Part shown: in pieces, positions 12,053-26,617 of the stretch
Numbering within the stretch: position 1 is the stretch's first letter
Layout: the number at the start of each line of letters is the position of its first letter
NCBI RefSeq assembly: GCF_009914755.1
Contig: NC_060932.1
DNA: 64,000 bases
Direction: 5' to 3' (one strand)
DNA from: the human T2T-CHM13v2.0 reference genome, Homo sapiens
Position numbers and translations under genes: made by a program
Notes under the pieces: model-generated
The model's input: only the letters and a program-made list of their open reading frames with translations
Told to the model about the DNA's origin: nothing
Databases searched by the model: none

Positions 12053-15000
12053 TCTAATTTTCCAATTTTATCCTCTGAATATTTGTTAAATGGATTAATA
12101 ATTTAGAGATAGCAACGTTCTGTTGGATGAGAGGTAATGAAATATCTCTGCTCAGCTAGTGTTTTTTGTTTGTTTCTCCATTTAAGCTCAACTCAGTTAA
12201 GAATCCTATGCCCCTTGGGAAGGACAATAGTTTTTTGATACAAGAACCAATGACATTTTTATGGTTTTGTACTAAGTCGTGACCCATGATGGAAATTATG
12301 GAATTAAAGCTATAATCTCTTTGTGTGTTTATTTTTCTAAGTGTCTGTTATTCAGAAAGGCATTTGCCCTTTGTTGTCCGGTTGTGGAACATTTTTAATT
12401 CCTCCACAGTATTATTAATAACTTAGATTCCAAAGGCTCTTAAATTAAAACTACTGGATTGACTTATGGAAAATAATAAATCCTTATAGAAATTGAATAA
12501 TCCTAAAATTCACAGGAATAAAATAAAATTTAATGTTTAACACTTTTAATGTGTTTTACATGTAGTTTACAATTCTTATAAAAACTAATTCAGAAATATG
12601 AGTCTTTGTTTACAGAAATTAGGTAAAACTTTGACAAACAAGGCTAATTTAATAATTTTAGTTTAATAAAAATAGCCATGTCTACTCTGATTTATCAATG
12701 TTAAGTACAATACAAATGTACATTTTTATTCAATTTGGGGATGTTTCCATAAATGTATTCAAGTTGAATAGCCAAATAAGTTAACATTCATATTTAATAT
12801 TCAAAGTTATGAAAAATGCAAATTCATTTTTAACTAAATTGAATATTCTGACATTTTAAAAAATTTCAGCAGAAACTATATTTTGCAGTAAGTCCACTTG
12901 AAATTAATTTCCAAGATATTCAGATAATTCAGAACCTTTGACTGATACCAAGCTAATTAATAGATTATACGGCAATCTTCCTAAGAAGATGAAATGATGA
13001 AACATCATTGACTATTATGTACAATTTTAAGCTACATGAATTTGCCTCCTATTTTTTACATGCTACAAATAAGTTATATCTTTGGGCCATGTAAACAAAG
13101 GTGTTAAATTTTGCCATTTTGAGAAGCTATGCATGAAACATTTGTAGTTGCAGAAAGCTGTGTTCCATGCAGCCGTAAGCTCTGCAAGTCTGCTAAGGTA
13201 CTGGTGTATGAAAGACAATTCTCAATTCTTCACTCCGCCTGTGAATTTGTCTGGAGCTAAGAAAACAAACTAAGAAGTTCTCTTGGGATGTAGGACTTTT
13301 AGTGCCAAAACCTATAAAAACCAGGAGGATTAACCTACTAATATTGAGTTACAATAGTTAAAAGTTATAATCATTGTAAGTGGTTTTGACCATACTTAGG
13401 AGAAATAGTGATATAGAAATATAACAATGCTTGCTTTCTGCTTTTCAAAAAATGGAGGGTTGAGCGTGTGTGTGTGTGTGTGTGCGCATCTACATGTTTT
13501 GCATTCAGATGCTTGTACGAGCTAAAACTTTTTGATGAATCCCCTAAAAACCTTTGTCTTTGTGGGAAAAACTATCAATATTTACCTTGCAGAAACTTGA
13601 ACTAAGAATTTTTAAAACATTATTTATTGATTCATTTGATCGAGGTAACAATAAGTACATGATATATGAATAATCTTCTATATTATTATGAAATTAGTCT
13701 AAACTTCCAGATGCCCTCAGATGTATTTTAAAGTAAGATGTCAGTGTGTTACATCATAAAGAAAATAGATTAGTGTAATAAAAGACAAAATCTCAAAGTG
13801 AATTTTATTTGTCCTTATTTATAATATCTGAGTCTGAAAAGTTACGTGTTAAATTCTTAGCAACGTTTACTTGATATTGGTGGATTTGTTTCCATGATTT
13901 ATTACTTGCTGCCATTGCAATATGAAAGAATATTCTTTTTCTCTGTATAATCTGCTTAGATTCTATGATTTACAAGAATAATTTTCTGTTCTTTATGTTG
14001 GGCTTTATCATGCCCTTGATTATTCAGGAAAACACAAAAGTTCCTACCTTATAAAAGAGCTAAGGTTCTTTACAATTGTATTACTTTGTATGTTTATTGT
14101 TAAATGTTTTATTGTCATTTGAGTAAAATGTGTAGCCACATACTGTTTACCAGGGACCTACAATTCTATTTTAATTGTCTTTAAATCTCCTCTAACAATT
14201 TTTTTGTGACTTCCCACATCATATCCTAACTATAGAAAAAATAAAAATATTTAAGATATCTTTTATACTAAAAACTAATTTTTAAATACTCTGAAGGGCC
14301 CCTAAAAAATCACAAAGACTTGTTCTTTCACCATCTAGTAGGATGCTGGAGATAATCAGGTTTATCTGATATGGTACTATTGATAAACTAGAATGGAAGA
14401 GCTATTGAACCAGAAGATATGGTTAGTTTTCTTTAAATTATGTCAGTAATAATGTTATTAATATAAATATTTTAGAAATTGTATGCTTTATGAGAAGTCT
14501 CTAGAGATTTATCAGTGTCTTCGCTTTTCATACTGTCTCTTAAACTCAAGGAAAACACTGATGTAATTAGTATCAACATTCTGTCAAACTTTCTTGTATA
14601 TCAGAGCTGGTGATGCTTTGCCTAATGATAATAGGCAACAACAGCATAATGTTATAAGTCATACTTTTAGTTATTATTTAAAATGTTAACCTGTTCAGAA
14701 CTTTACTTCTTTTATTTGAATTTACTATCTTCTAGGTTAGTGGGTTTCAATTGGGAAATGGATATTCGACTTACCTATAGAGTTTTATAAAGACAAAAAT
14801 ATCTAGGACCTATTTCACAATCATAGAATTTCTTTAGTTGATACTCTTATTAAATTCTTGGTATGTGGTCAGTATATTATATAATATAATACCATATTAT
14901 ATGATATTATAATTTGTATAGATGTATAATGCTTCAGGATTATTGCATGTTTTAAATCAACTTTTTTTCCTGTTAAAATTAGGTCCTTTCATTTTATAAA

Positions 15001-15277
15001 TTAGACCTGATATTCCCTGTGTTCTTCAAAATGAAACTTACCATAATTGGAGACATTTTTCCTAAAATGCATTTGAAATGGCTTTATTTTTTTGCATGCC
15101 ACAAAAATACCAGATTTCCTTGTCAGTTATATGTTATTCTTGTCATGAAGTCTCATCAGACCTTCTAATTTGAAAGTTATCAGTAATTGATTTAATCACA
15201 GCCATATTAAGTCTCTGTCACCTACAGATAAGTTTTGTTTTACTCTCAGGCTTCCATGGAAGTTCTGCAATCAACCA

Positions 15278-15400
15278 GCAGGAGAACCGCTTAAACCCAG
15301 GAGGCGGAGGTTGCAGTGAGCCAAGAATGCATCACTGCACTCCAGCCTGGAAGACAGAGTGAGACCCTGTCTCAACAAAATAAATTAAAATAAAAAATAA
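15278..15400 (+). mobile_element. Alu right-arm fragment
   Basis: gcaggagaaccgcttaaacccaggaggcggaggttgcagtgagcc...gtctc plus A-rich tail. Confidence 0.9.
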
Positions 15401-16070
15401 TATATTTTTCTAACTATCATCCCTTTTCCAAATCAGGAATTCCCCTTAAGTTTTCCTCAATTTCCATGGCAATATCTTTGCATAGATTCATTAAGAATTT
15501 GTCCTTTTTAAATAAAAAATATAAAGGGAACTATTCATTAGGCAACAAATGCCTTGTCTGAAATATCACATTTGAGAATGCTGCTCATTTAATCAGAAAG
15601 GTACGCTACTTTAAAGAACTGAGGTCCACTTTCTGGAGCCAAAAACTCATAAATCCCTCTCAGAAAAACCTGATTTGCTTTGTAGGGTCTCAGGTTTAGA
15701 GATGCTGAAAAAGATATTTTCGTTGCAGACAAAGGACCTCAGAGTATTTGGAGAACTTTGAGAAGAGAGGAATTCTCCCAAATGTATAGGTGTCACAGGT
15801 AAAATACAGTCGAGAGATTTTCTTGGACTTTAATTCCTTAAATCAGGATAGCAAATAATAGGGGCTTTTACAAATTCAATCTGTTTCCTTACAAAAATTT
15901 TCAGCAAAGTAATTTCAGCAAATTAATTTTCAGCAAAGTAAATGTAAGAAGACTTATGTGAAAAATTAACATTCTCCATGTATCTATGAAGCCAAACCTA
16001 ATAAAACCAGCTTTAATTTGTGCTCAAGAATATTATTTCACTGAGTTTTCTTAAATCACAAAGGGGAGAC

Positions 16071-16490
16071 TGTTATGAAAACTGATATAAAATAAAAAAA
16101 ACAAGGAAGAAAAGTCTACTAGATGTCTCTAATGGAAGACTGCATTTTTAGAACATATCCTTATAGGCGATTCTAGCCTTTCTCTGCTATTTGGCTCTCA
16201 CACTCTTTACCGTGCAGATAATTCACAGCAATGCAAAAGAATCCTCATCTATAGCCATGAAAATAAGTTATTTGTTATTTCTGGTAAAGGTTCAATTGAC
16301 CTCCCCTTCCAGGATGAAGAAAGTTTCATGTCTTTCTGCATCATTTCAACTATTCCTTACTACATATAAATCTGCACTTGTTAACTTCTATTTTGAATTG
16401 ATTGTGGCATCTGCCTGCTTCCCCATTAAAACTGAATAAAATCTTTAACACATAAAAATGTGTGAAGTAATTTTTCTGTTTCCTTGTACA
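16071..16490 (+). mobile_element. 3' LTR of the ERV1/MER4-group remnant (family not identified)
   Basis: tgttatgaaa immediately after PPT; TATA-like tatataaa ~16363; aataaa ~16435; ends ...tgtaca. Confidence 0.55.
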
Positions 16491-18344
16491 AATTAGAAAG
16501 TAAAATTGATAAGTGTTCAAATGACTCAGGCTTCAAGTCCCATATTCTTCTTAGTAGAGCAGAGGATGCCTCCAATTCCAATGAGCCTAATATTATCACA
16601 AACATGGTACTTTCTTTGTGATAATACTAAATTGGGTATAACATCTTCCCAAGGATATCTTTTAAATCATCGTACTATTCTAAACTATGTATTACTGTAT
16701 GCCTACTGATGTTCACTTGTTTTTCTGGGTCTGTTGGCTGCCAACAGAATTCTCAAGTGATGAAGTTCAAATCTCACTAGGCAAGGCTGTATCCATGCTA
16801 GTAAGACCCTGCTACAGAAATTTATTCATTAAGGTTCATCCCCACCTCAGACTCTGAGTCATTCATTTACAAGTCCCAAGAAGGAATAAGACTTCAATTA
16901 GGTAAGACTACACCACTTGACAGCACATGGCATATTAAAGAAAATTGTGTTACTGAAGACTAGGATATATAAGGGAGGGAGGCAAGAAATGAGTTATAAG
17001 GTGGATTATAAAATATATGTAAAATTTTTGTCAATTTCAAAATGTCTTATTTTTATCAGCAATGCTCAACATTCAGCTTTCATTATATTTTAATATGCCA
17101 GAAATTTTTAGCTAAAATAAGAGAGTGCATTCAGTAATAGAAAGCTGGTTCTCAAATCACCTAGCAGGCATATAAATTCTTCAAGATTGTTCTTCCCACA
17201 TTTTACTGGCATAAAAAAAATAACTTTTAACTTTTTTAGAATAGCAAAATGTCTTCTATTTGTAATAAAATACCTTTTTACTTCTCATATACATAAATGG
17301 TAAATAAATCTATTTAGTTCCCAGGGCTTGTGTATGTTACTATGGCTGTAAATATAGTCTATCCTTGAAGTGTTTATCAAATCTAAATTTAATCTGATGA
17401 ATAAGATTTTACAGGCAGTTCTGCATAACTGAGTTCCTCAGCTGGACCAAATGCCATTTTACTGTTTTGCCTTGTTTTTAATGCATATTATAAGTGACTT
17501 ATTTTTTGAACCCCCGCTCAGTAATTTCCAAAAGAGTTCAATCAAACTATGCACGGTTAAGTTCTTGGTATTCCAATGACTTATTCTTCAGCAGTTTTAC
17601 ATTTCATAGCATTTATGGGAAACAAGTTAGATTGAATTGATCTGCATTATTTTACACTGAAAAGCTGAATCTTATGTCTTTATGTTGCCTACATCATTTG
17701 TTTAATTCTATTTTGGACTAAGAAAACACTTTTATGTTATCAGAAAATAACAATAGCCCCAGAAAGCATCTATCAATTTGCAAATTGTCAAGAGATTCTG
17801 GTCACTGGAGTGTGAAGGTGGACAGAAGGAGGAAGCATGATTGCTGGTTACAATTGTGCACAAACACGATTTTAATATTGAAAATCACAGTTAAAATACA
17901 TGTCAGTTAACTTACTGGACTTAACTCTGGCATTGCATTTGGGTCCAGTAGTACAGATAGAGTTGTTGAATGCCTGCATTGATTTTATGGTTTTAATTGG
18001 ACTTAGGACCATTTATTTAGATTCTCTGATTAAGAAGTAGTGGTCTGAGTCAAAGCTAATCTGGTTGGCATTTTTGCTAATAATTCCCCAGCATGAGCTA
18101 ATATTGGAACCTCTGTTATTTTGTTTAATAAACGGAGCTGTGCAATAATAGTGAGGTTCTCTTAGTCTTAGAATGTATGATGTTTGCTTTCACTTAAAAT
18201 CCATTGTATTCACTGTAATTTTATTATTTATGTGAGACACTTCCTATAAGCCATGAAAGTCATAAAAAAGGTAATTTTAAAATTTATAGTTGGCAAAAAG
18301 ATATCTGTAATAAAGGTATTAAAAGTTACCTACAAATATTTATT

Positions 18345-19096
18345 TCTAATACCAACTACACAGAATTAAGACAAGCCTCACAGGTTAAGGGCATAAACCT
18401 GTACAAGATTGGCTTCACTTCAGATACCAGCCACAAGTTTTGAGGTACCCAGGGCCATCCTTACTTTTAAATAACTGGTTCCAAATTTGGACATTCACAC
18501 TAAGCTCTCAGGTTCAATAATTCACTAGGATGACTCACACGACGTAGGAAAGCAGTATACTTATGATTACAGTTTTATTATACCAAAAGGGTACAAATCA
18601 AAGCTAGATAAGAAGAGATTCACAGGACAAGGTCTGGTAGGATCCTAAACATAAAGATTTCATTTTTTTCTGTCTGGAATCAGGATATGTTCTGGCTTAC
18701 TGATGTGTGAAAATATGCAGAGTATGCCCAAGCTTACCCAAGCCTCGATGTTCAGAGTTTTTATTGAGGTTTGATAACATAGATTTGATCGAAGGACTCA
18801 TTGGCTACACATCTGAAGTCAATCTCTAGCATCCTTTTCCCTCTCCAGATGTCAAACTGATACTGCATGTCTCAAAGCCTCAATCCTCTAATCACATGGT
18901 CCATCTTTCTGGTATAGCTAGACCCCATTCTGAGTCATCTTGTTAGTATAAACTATTAAGGATCTATCATGAGTCATCTTCATAGCATGAAACATTGTGA
19001 ATAAGAAAGATACTCCTATCACTCAGAAAATTCCAAGGTTCTAGAGGCTACCTCCCAGGAACCAGAAATGAGGCCTAGCCAAATTCTTTATTACAT
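18345..19096 (-). mobile_element. LTR, MER21C-like
   Basis: Reverse complement starts tgtaataaagaatttggct...gttcctgggaggtagcctctagaaccttggaattttctgagtgatagg; body contains cacttcagataccagccacaag and ggttcaataattcactagg. Confidence 0.8.
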
Positions 19097-20944
19097 GGGA
19101 ATACCAATTTGACATAGAAACAGAAATTTAACATTTAGCTTCCATGATGTCTTAAACTTCATGAAATCAATAAAAGTCTCGCAACTCTTTGAGACATAGC
19201 AGTGTCTACACCTTTTATGTGACTCCAAGAAGCCAGACCGCTAAATACAGATTTTGGTATGTGAATAAATAAATCTATTACTTCTCTTTTTTATGTATTA
19301 CTCAATCAAGTTTACATTTAAATGAAAATGAGAATAATTATGTAATAAAGAGCAGTCTAATGTGTTGTTTGCCAATGTGTTCACTATAAAAGGAATCTAC
19401 AGGTCTCCTTTCTTTGGCCATAAATGGACAGTTATTTTTCAAATAGTAGAACCAACCTGGAAGCAAGGGGACAGGAACTTCTTCCAAGAAGCAGTTTTGT
19501 ACTCGGTCTTTGGGTTTCTACGAATATGTTCAGATACTATCCTGGTATCTGAACTGGTATCTATACTATCTATGGTATAATGCAAAATCACTATTATACC
19601 ATATTTTATCCTGGTGAATAGTTTTTATTGTATTTTTGTGTATATTGGATAACTCTCTTGGATATAAAGATTTCCATCCTTTTTCTATGGAAAGGATTTC
19701 TCTGCTCATATTTTCCTCAAGTCTGAAATGTTCTCCCTGCTCCTCTCCTTTAAATTGTTCCTTTTCCTGCATCCTATAACACTCATTCACTTCAACAGAA
19801 ATATATTTTACCCCTATGATTCTATAGAATCAATTGAAGCAGTTGAAAATGCCAGATTATACATAGCTGTTTTATATGTGTGGATCTCTCTTCCAGTGAA
19901 ATAATCAATTATGTAAGGACTGAATAGGTATTTGAATTTAGCATTATGTATGGAAGAATAATGCAAAACACACAGAAGGAACTGTGTAAATGTGTATTTG
20001 CATCTCCAGGTTATTATTCTTTAGTTTGTCTACTTCTCTTGGGTAAATTTTTTCATATGAGTCCTTCTGGTGCTAAGGGAGACTTTTAAAGAATACTGTG
20101 TGGTCACTAAGATTCATGTTTATAATATTATATGGATCATATGCATGTTGTACTAAGAAATTCCTCTCAAGAATACATAAAGAAAATTATGATCTGCTTC
20201 TATCCAGAGCTGACTTGATCAGTGGCGTGGAAGGGGAGATCTAGAGTCATATTCCCTATAGATGCATATGTTTGTTTAGGAAAGACTAGAAGACAAATCA
20301 AGTTGCCTCAAAGAGTTGTAATGCTTCACAGATTCTGATACATAAACTATACATGCATAATGTTATTGGTTTCCATGTAAAGAAGCATCTAGAGACTAAA
20401 CTACAAGGAGTAATGGCCTTCTGTTTGGATTTTCTGCATCTTGTTTCTTTCCAATTTACTCTGTAATTTTTCTGGTTTATCATCTTAGGGTAGGTCACTT
20501 CTGAACTTAAAATTATTTCTAATTCCTCTCTATTAGATAAAATAAAATATGATCATTGAAGCCATCTAGAAATTACAGAAAAAGCAACTTTGAATTTACA
20601 GAGCATACAGTACACTTTTTGTACCAAAGAGTTTGGCAGATTTTACTATTCCTTGTTCCTGGAATGCACATGCATGGTTTTCCCACTTAATTTTCTGCTC
20701 TTAGAATGCTCCTGCTACCATGTCTTATTTCCATCTGATAAAACAAGCTTTCCTTGAAGATCCAGCTCAAACATCATCCTCTTGCAGCCTTCTCTGACCT
20801 CCCTGTCCTCCTCATCCGAAGTGTGCAAAGCACTTCTGGAATGTGGGTTTCTTGATCTGGATCCTGGTTACATGTATGTGCTCACTTTTGAAAATTCACC
20901 ACACATACACTTAAGATGTGTGCACTTTTCTGTGTTTACATTAC

Positions 20945-21240
20945 TTTTTTTCTCAGCTGTATTGAGGAATAATTGACAAATTAAATTGTATATATTTACA
21001 GTGTAAATGTAATGATTTGGTATAAATATACATTGTGAAATGATTACCACCATCAAATTATTTAATACATTCATCACTTCTCTCAGTTACCATTTGTGGT
21101 GTGTGTGTGTGTGTTTGTGTGTGTGTGGTGAAAACACTTATGATCTAGTCTCTCAGCAAATTTCGAATATACACTACAGTACCATTAACTATAGGCACCA
21201 TGATGTGAATTAGATCTCTAGAATTTATTCATCTTATCAG
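20945..21240 (-). mobile_element. L1MA-like 3' end with internal (TG)n
   Basis: tattgaggaataattgacaaattaaattgt...tagatctctagaatttattcatctt. Confidence 0.8.
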
Positions 21241-21579
21241 ACATGTATCTGTATTACATTTAAATTAATAAATGAGGTGACTTAGATTTAGATATTCAAA
21301 AGTCAGCGTCACTGGGTATTAAAGCATTTTGGAAGCAATGAAGCATTATACATCATACTCTCATGGAAATATTTGGAAATATTGTAATATCTTATTTAAA
21401 GTATTAATGATAATAATTTATTGAGAAGCCAGAATGATGTATCATTAATAAGTGTTGTAAAACTGTTATATATAAAATAATCTTTCACTTACAGCCAAAC
21501 ATTTTCTCATTCTTCTCTGAAGTGGCTTGTAAGCATGTTCCTCTTATGACATTGTTCTTATGCCTTGTTTGTTAATATG

Positions 21580-24500
21580 AGTATATATCAATATCCAGTT
21601 TCTCCTATTATTACATTCTCTTATTATCCCTCATTACATCAGTATTTGTTATAATTAATGAATTCATATTTATTATTAATGAAGCTCATACTTTAATCAA
21701 ATATCCTTCCTTTTCACCTCATGTCCTTTTTAGAAGTACATACTTTAATCAGGTATCCTCAGTTTTTACCCAATGTTCTTTTCCTGTTCTAGGATCCTAT
21801 CCAGGATACCACATTGCTTTTGGTTGTCATGTTTCATTGAGCTCCTCTTGACTGTGATATTTCTGCCAGACATTTCTTTCTCTGATGACCTTGACAGTTT
21901 GAGGAGTGCTGGTCAAGGTATTTTAATCCTCAATTGGGGTTTGTCTGATATTTTTCTTATGATCGTGCTTGGTTAATGGCTTTTTAAAATGAAAATCTCA
22001 TAGATAATTGCCATTCTCATCATATTACATTAGGTGCCTACTATTAACATGACTTACTACTTATGATGTTAGTCTTGTTCAGCTGGCTAAGGTACTGTTT
22101 GTCAGATTTCCCCACCGTAAAGTTACTTCCCTCCCACCCTCCATACTGTACTCTTTAGAAAGAAGGCAAGATGCACAGACCACACTTAAGAAGTAGGGAA
22201 TTATGCTCCACCTCTTTGAGAGCAACACAACTTCTTAAATTATTTGGGGTTCTTCAGAAATTAATATTTGTCTCTTTATTTTCATTATTAAATTCAGTCA
22301 TCTATTTATATCTGTATGGACTCATGGATATTTTATATTTTGGGTTTTAACCCAACATTGTATTATATACTTTCTTGCTCAAATTTTTCCAGCTTTGAAC
22401 CTGAAGTTCTGTCAGTTGGTCCCTGTGTCCCTTTGACATATCCCACTCATTGTGTGTGTGTGAGTGTGTGTGTGTGTGTTTAGTACTTTCTTACTTTCTG
22501 GCACTACAAGTCTGTCTAGGCACTACAAGTCTGTCTAGGCTCATCTTGTATACGTCATTGCTTCACTTTTAGAATCAGCCATTTCTCCTGGAGTTATGAT
22601 TCCTTTTATTGGAGAATGGAATTAGACACTGAAATTTTGGCACTAGGTACACTTATTGCCATTAGCATATTTTTCCTTCTAGGCCTTCACAGATGACAGA
22701 TCAAAGACATACTTAAGAATATACTAACCCATATATATACACATATCTACAAATATTTCCATATACATTTATATGTTTTTCTATATACTAAGCTAAACAT
22801 GAATTTATAACTCAAATCCATTTTGATTGTGGACTACAGTTAGGTATTTAATTCTAACCCATTACCTCGTGAATCATTTTAGCCTTCTTCCTTTGATTAT
22901 CTGAAATCTCCTGCCCCAGTATTAAGAAACATGATAGCCATTATCTGTCATCCATTATTTAATTTTTCAAATCTGTTACAGATATATATAGATTTCAGAA
23001 TCATTGATCTATACCATATGGGAAGCAACTTCATCAACTAGAGAACAGTGCTTATGTGCAGTTTATTTTGTCTTTAGTTTTACAAACTCAAGTTGCTTTA
23101 ATCAGTACTGTTTCTTCCCACCACTTTTAGTGACATTATTTCTTATATTTATAATGTAGTTACATTGTTTGCCACCATTTGTATTTTATCCTTGGATCAC
23201 ATGATCTCAATTTTTTTAAATTTGGATAAATTAAAATGTACTCTTTTTGCCCTGTAGAGTTCTATTGATTTTGAAAAACACAGTGTCACATATCCAGCAC
23301 TACAGTATCAGACAGAATAGTCACACCATCACAAGATAGTCCCTGTGCTTCACCTATTCAATTCTCCTTTGTCCTGGCCCTGAACCCTTGGTAACCATTG
23401 ATATGTCCGGTGTTTCTATAGTTTTGTCTTTCTTTACCAGTATGTCATCTGAATAAAATCATACCGTAGTCTTTTCACAATGACTTCTTTCATGTGAGAT
23501 GCATTTAAGTTTCACCCAGGTTTTTCAGTAACTTAATAGCTCATTCTTTATCCTTGAATAGTATGCCTTTATATATATTAAAAAAAAACAGTTTGCTTTT
23601 TAATCCATTCACCAACTGAAGGAGATCTGTGTTGCCTCCAGTTTGGGGCATTATGAATAAAGCTGTTATAAACATTTGCGTGCAGCATTTTGTGAGGACA
23701 AAGGATTCAAACTTGTTTTGCAAATACCTAGGAACACAGTTGCTGCATCATATGGTAAGAAAAGGTTTAGCTTTGTAAGAAACTGTCAAATTGTCTTCCA
23801 AAGTGGCTGTGTAATTTTGCATTCCCATCAGCAATGAGTAAAAGTTCATGTTGCTCTGTTCTTTACCAGCAATTAGTATTGTCGATGTTAGAAATATTTA
23901 GTCATTCTGATATGTGTATAATGGTTTCTCACTGTTATTTTAATTTGAGTTTCCCTAATGACCAAAAAAAAAATGCCCAATGTATTTTTAAAAAGCTTAT
24001 CATCCCCTATATATGTTTTTTGATGAGGTGTCTGTTAGACTGTTGGTCTTTTTTTTTTACACTGGAATTTTTTCTTATTGTTGAGTCTTTGTACGTTACT
24101 GAGAGTTCTTTTTATATTTTGGATATATGTCCTTTAACAGATATATGTTTTGCAAATAATTTTCTCCCAATCAGTGGCTTGTCTTTTCATTCCCTTAGCA
24201 ATGTCTTTCACAATGCAAAAATGATTACTATCATAAAGTTCAGCTTATCATCTGTTTTTTATTGATCATGATTTTGGTGTTGTATATAAAAATTCATCAC
24301 CAAAATCAAGGTCATGTAGATTTTCTCTTATGTTCTGTTCTAGAAATTTTATAATTTTGCATTTTACATCTAAGTGTATGGTTCATTTTGAGTTAATATT
24401 TGTGTGGGATCTGTTACTAAGTTTATTTACTTATTTATTTATGCATTTGTTTGTTGCACGTGAATTTCTAATTGTCCAAGCACCATTATTTTAAGTGACT

Positions 24501-26150
24501 ATTCTTTCTCCTTTGACAGCCTTTCCTCATTTGTCATATCGATTGACTATCTTTGTGTTGTTCTATTTCTAGACTCTCCAATATGTTCCATTTATCTATG
24601 TATCTATTTTTTTCACCAATACCATGCTATCTTGATTACTGCAGCTTTATGGCAAATTTTGGGATTAGTTAGTATAAGTCCTTTATCTTTCTTTTTCTTC
24701 TTCTTCAGTATTGTGCTGGCTATTCTAGACTTCTTTGCCTTTTCATAACAATTTTAGAATCAGATTCCCAATATGTATAAAAAATCTCGGCAGGTTTTTT
24801 TTTGGTATTGTGTTGACTCTATATGTCAAGTTAAGAACAACTGACATCTTAACAATATGGATATGTACATATTTTGATAAATTTATATGAAAACATTTCA
24901 TTTTTATTATTTTTATTTTTTATTATTACTGATATAACTGCATTTCCAACTTTTTAAATTTTATATTTCAATTTTGCATGGCTGGTGTATAAGGAAATAA
25001 TTGGATTTTTTTGTATTGACCTTGAATACTGCAAATTTGCTATAACTGTTTATTAGTTCTATAAGTTTTCTTGTAAATCCTTTGGGGTTTGATGCATAGA
25101 CAATCATGTCATTTGTTAATACAGTCAATTTTATGTCTTTCTTTTAAATTCATCCATTTATTATATTATTTTCTTACCATATTGCACAAACTAGGACTTC
25201 CAGCATGATGTCAAATAATTGTGGTGAGACAGGACATACTCTCCTCTTCCCAAACTTAGTGGGAAAGCATCCAGATTCTCACCATCAATATGATGCTAAA
25301 TGTAGAGATTCTGTAGATCAGTATTTTAGCTGCAGTATATTTATTATGTTCTCTTTTTCTCTTTCCTTCCTTTCTTTATGTAGGCTTTCCTTATCAATTT
25401 TAAAAAGTTCTTTCCATTTCTAGTTTGCTGAGAGTTTTTATTATCAACGATTTTAGTATTTGTCTAATGCTTTTCCTGAACCAATTGGTATGATCATATT
25501 ACTTTTTCTCTTTTAGCCTAAAAATCAAATATAGTGTTGATTTTTAAATGTTGAGGCAGCTTTGCATAGCTGGCATACATCCCACTCGGTGGTGGTGTAT
25601 AATTCATTTCACACATCATTGGATTTGATTTGCTAATATATTTTAAGAATTTTCACATCTATGCTGAAGAGAAACATTGATCTATAACTGTCTTTTTGTA
25701 TCATATCTTTTTTTTTGATTTTGTCATTTTTTTAATTATACTTTAAGTTTTAGGGTGCATGTATCTTATCATAATATCTTAATCTGGTTTGGATATTGGG
25801 GTAATCATGGACCTATAGAATGAGGTAGAAGTGTTCCATCTGGCTTCTATTTTCTTGAACATATTGTAAAAAGATCACATTTTTTTTCATAAATTGTTGG
25901 TAGAGTTCACTGTATATCTAGACTTGGAGATTTCTATTTTGGAAGGTTATTGATTACTGATTTGATTTCAGAAAGTAATACAGGTCATTTATTTATCTTT
26001 GTGTGTGTTATAATTTGTGGCTTTCAAGGAATTGGCTGCTGTTACCTAAGTTATCAAATTTGTGGGTGTACTCTTTATAGTGTTCCTTTATTGTCATTTT
26101 AATGTTCATGGGATCAGCAGTGATAATTCCCCTGTAATACAGATAGTTGT
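21580..26150 (-). mobile_element. Old LINE-1 (L1MC/MD-like) 3'UTR and decayed ORF2
   Basis: ORF2-like remnants on the minus strand (23541-23723 CTQMFITALF); long L1MC-type 3'UTR motifs (aggatcctatccaggataccacattgc; gaatcagccatttctcc). Confidence 0.85.
25708..25762 (-). mobile_element. Ultra-short L1PA 3'-terminal insertion
   Basis: T-rich tail plus attatactttaagttttagggtgcatg, the last ~28 nt of primate L1PA. Confidence 0.7.
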
Positions 26151-26165
26151 TTGTTTGTTTTATTT

Positions 26166-26617
26166 TGTAAAATGCTATCTCGACAGAGTTTTGAGACCCT
26201 GGCTAGAAACTGATCAATTCCCCTTTTTGAGTAGCTGATTAAATCCACATGAGAACCCCTTCCCTTATGGAACTCTCACACTCCAGGCCATTATATACCT
26301 AATCTAATCACTTGAGAGCCAGCTCCCAGCTAACTGAGAATAGCTCCTAAACCCCAGAGACTGATAAAATTATTCAGATTAGCCAATCCACAGTGACCCT
26401 GTAAAATCTAGGTATCCACACCCTGTTTGCCATACATGTTACCCACTAAAGATCCAGCTTGCCATTACCCTGGCACTGTTTACAACCACCTATGGGGTCT
26501 TTTCTCACAGCCTTCTCTAGTTCACATCTGTAAATAAGAGAGTTCTGCATTCCATCTAGCCAAGTGTCATTGTGTTGTGTCCTACCATTAAAAAAAATTA
26601 AAAATTTTTAAAAAACA
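26166..26617 (+). mobile_element. 5' LTR of an ERVL-class element (MER73/MER74-group-like)
   Basis: Starts tgtaaaatgctatctcgacagagttttgagaccctggctag; CCAAT box; ends ...aaaaca followed by a TGG-starting PBS-like sequence (tggtataatgag). Confidence 0.6.

Noticed and set aside
15896-15941. Threefold aattt(t)cagcaaa repeat
   Set aside because: Ordinary short slippage repeat in an ERV remnant
19528-19554. 10-bp stem hairpin gttcagatac/gtatctgaac
   Set aside because: Too short to distinguish from chance or local slippage; no ncRNA context
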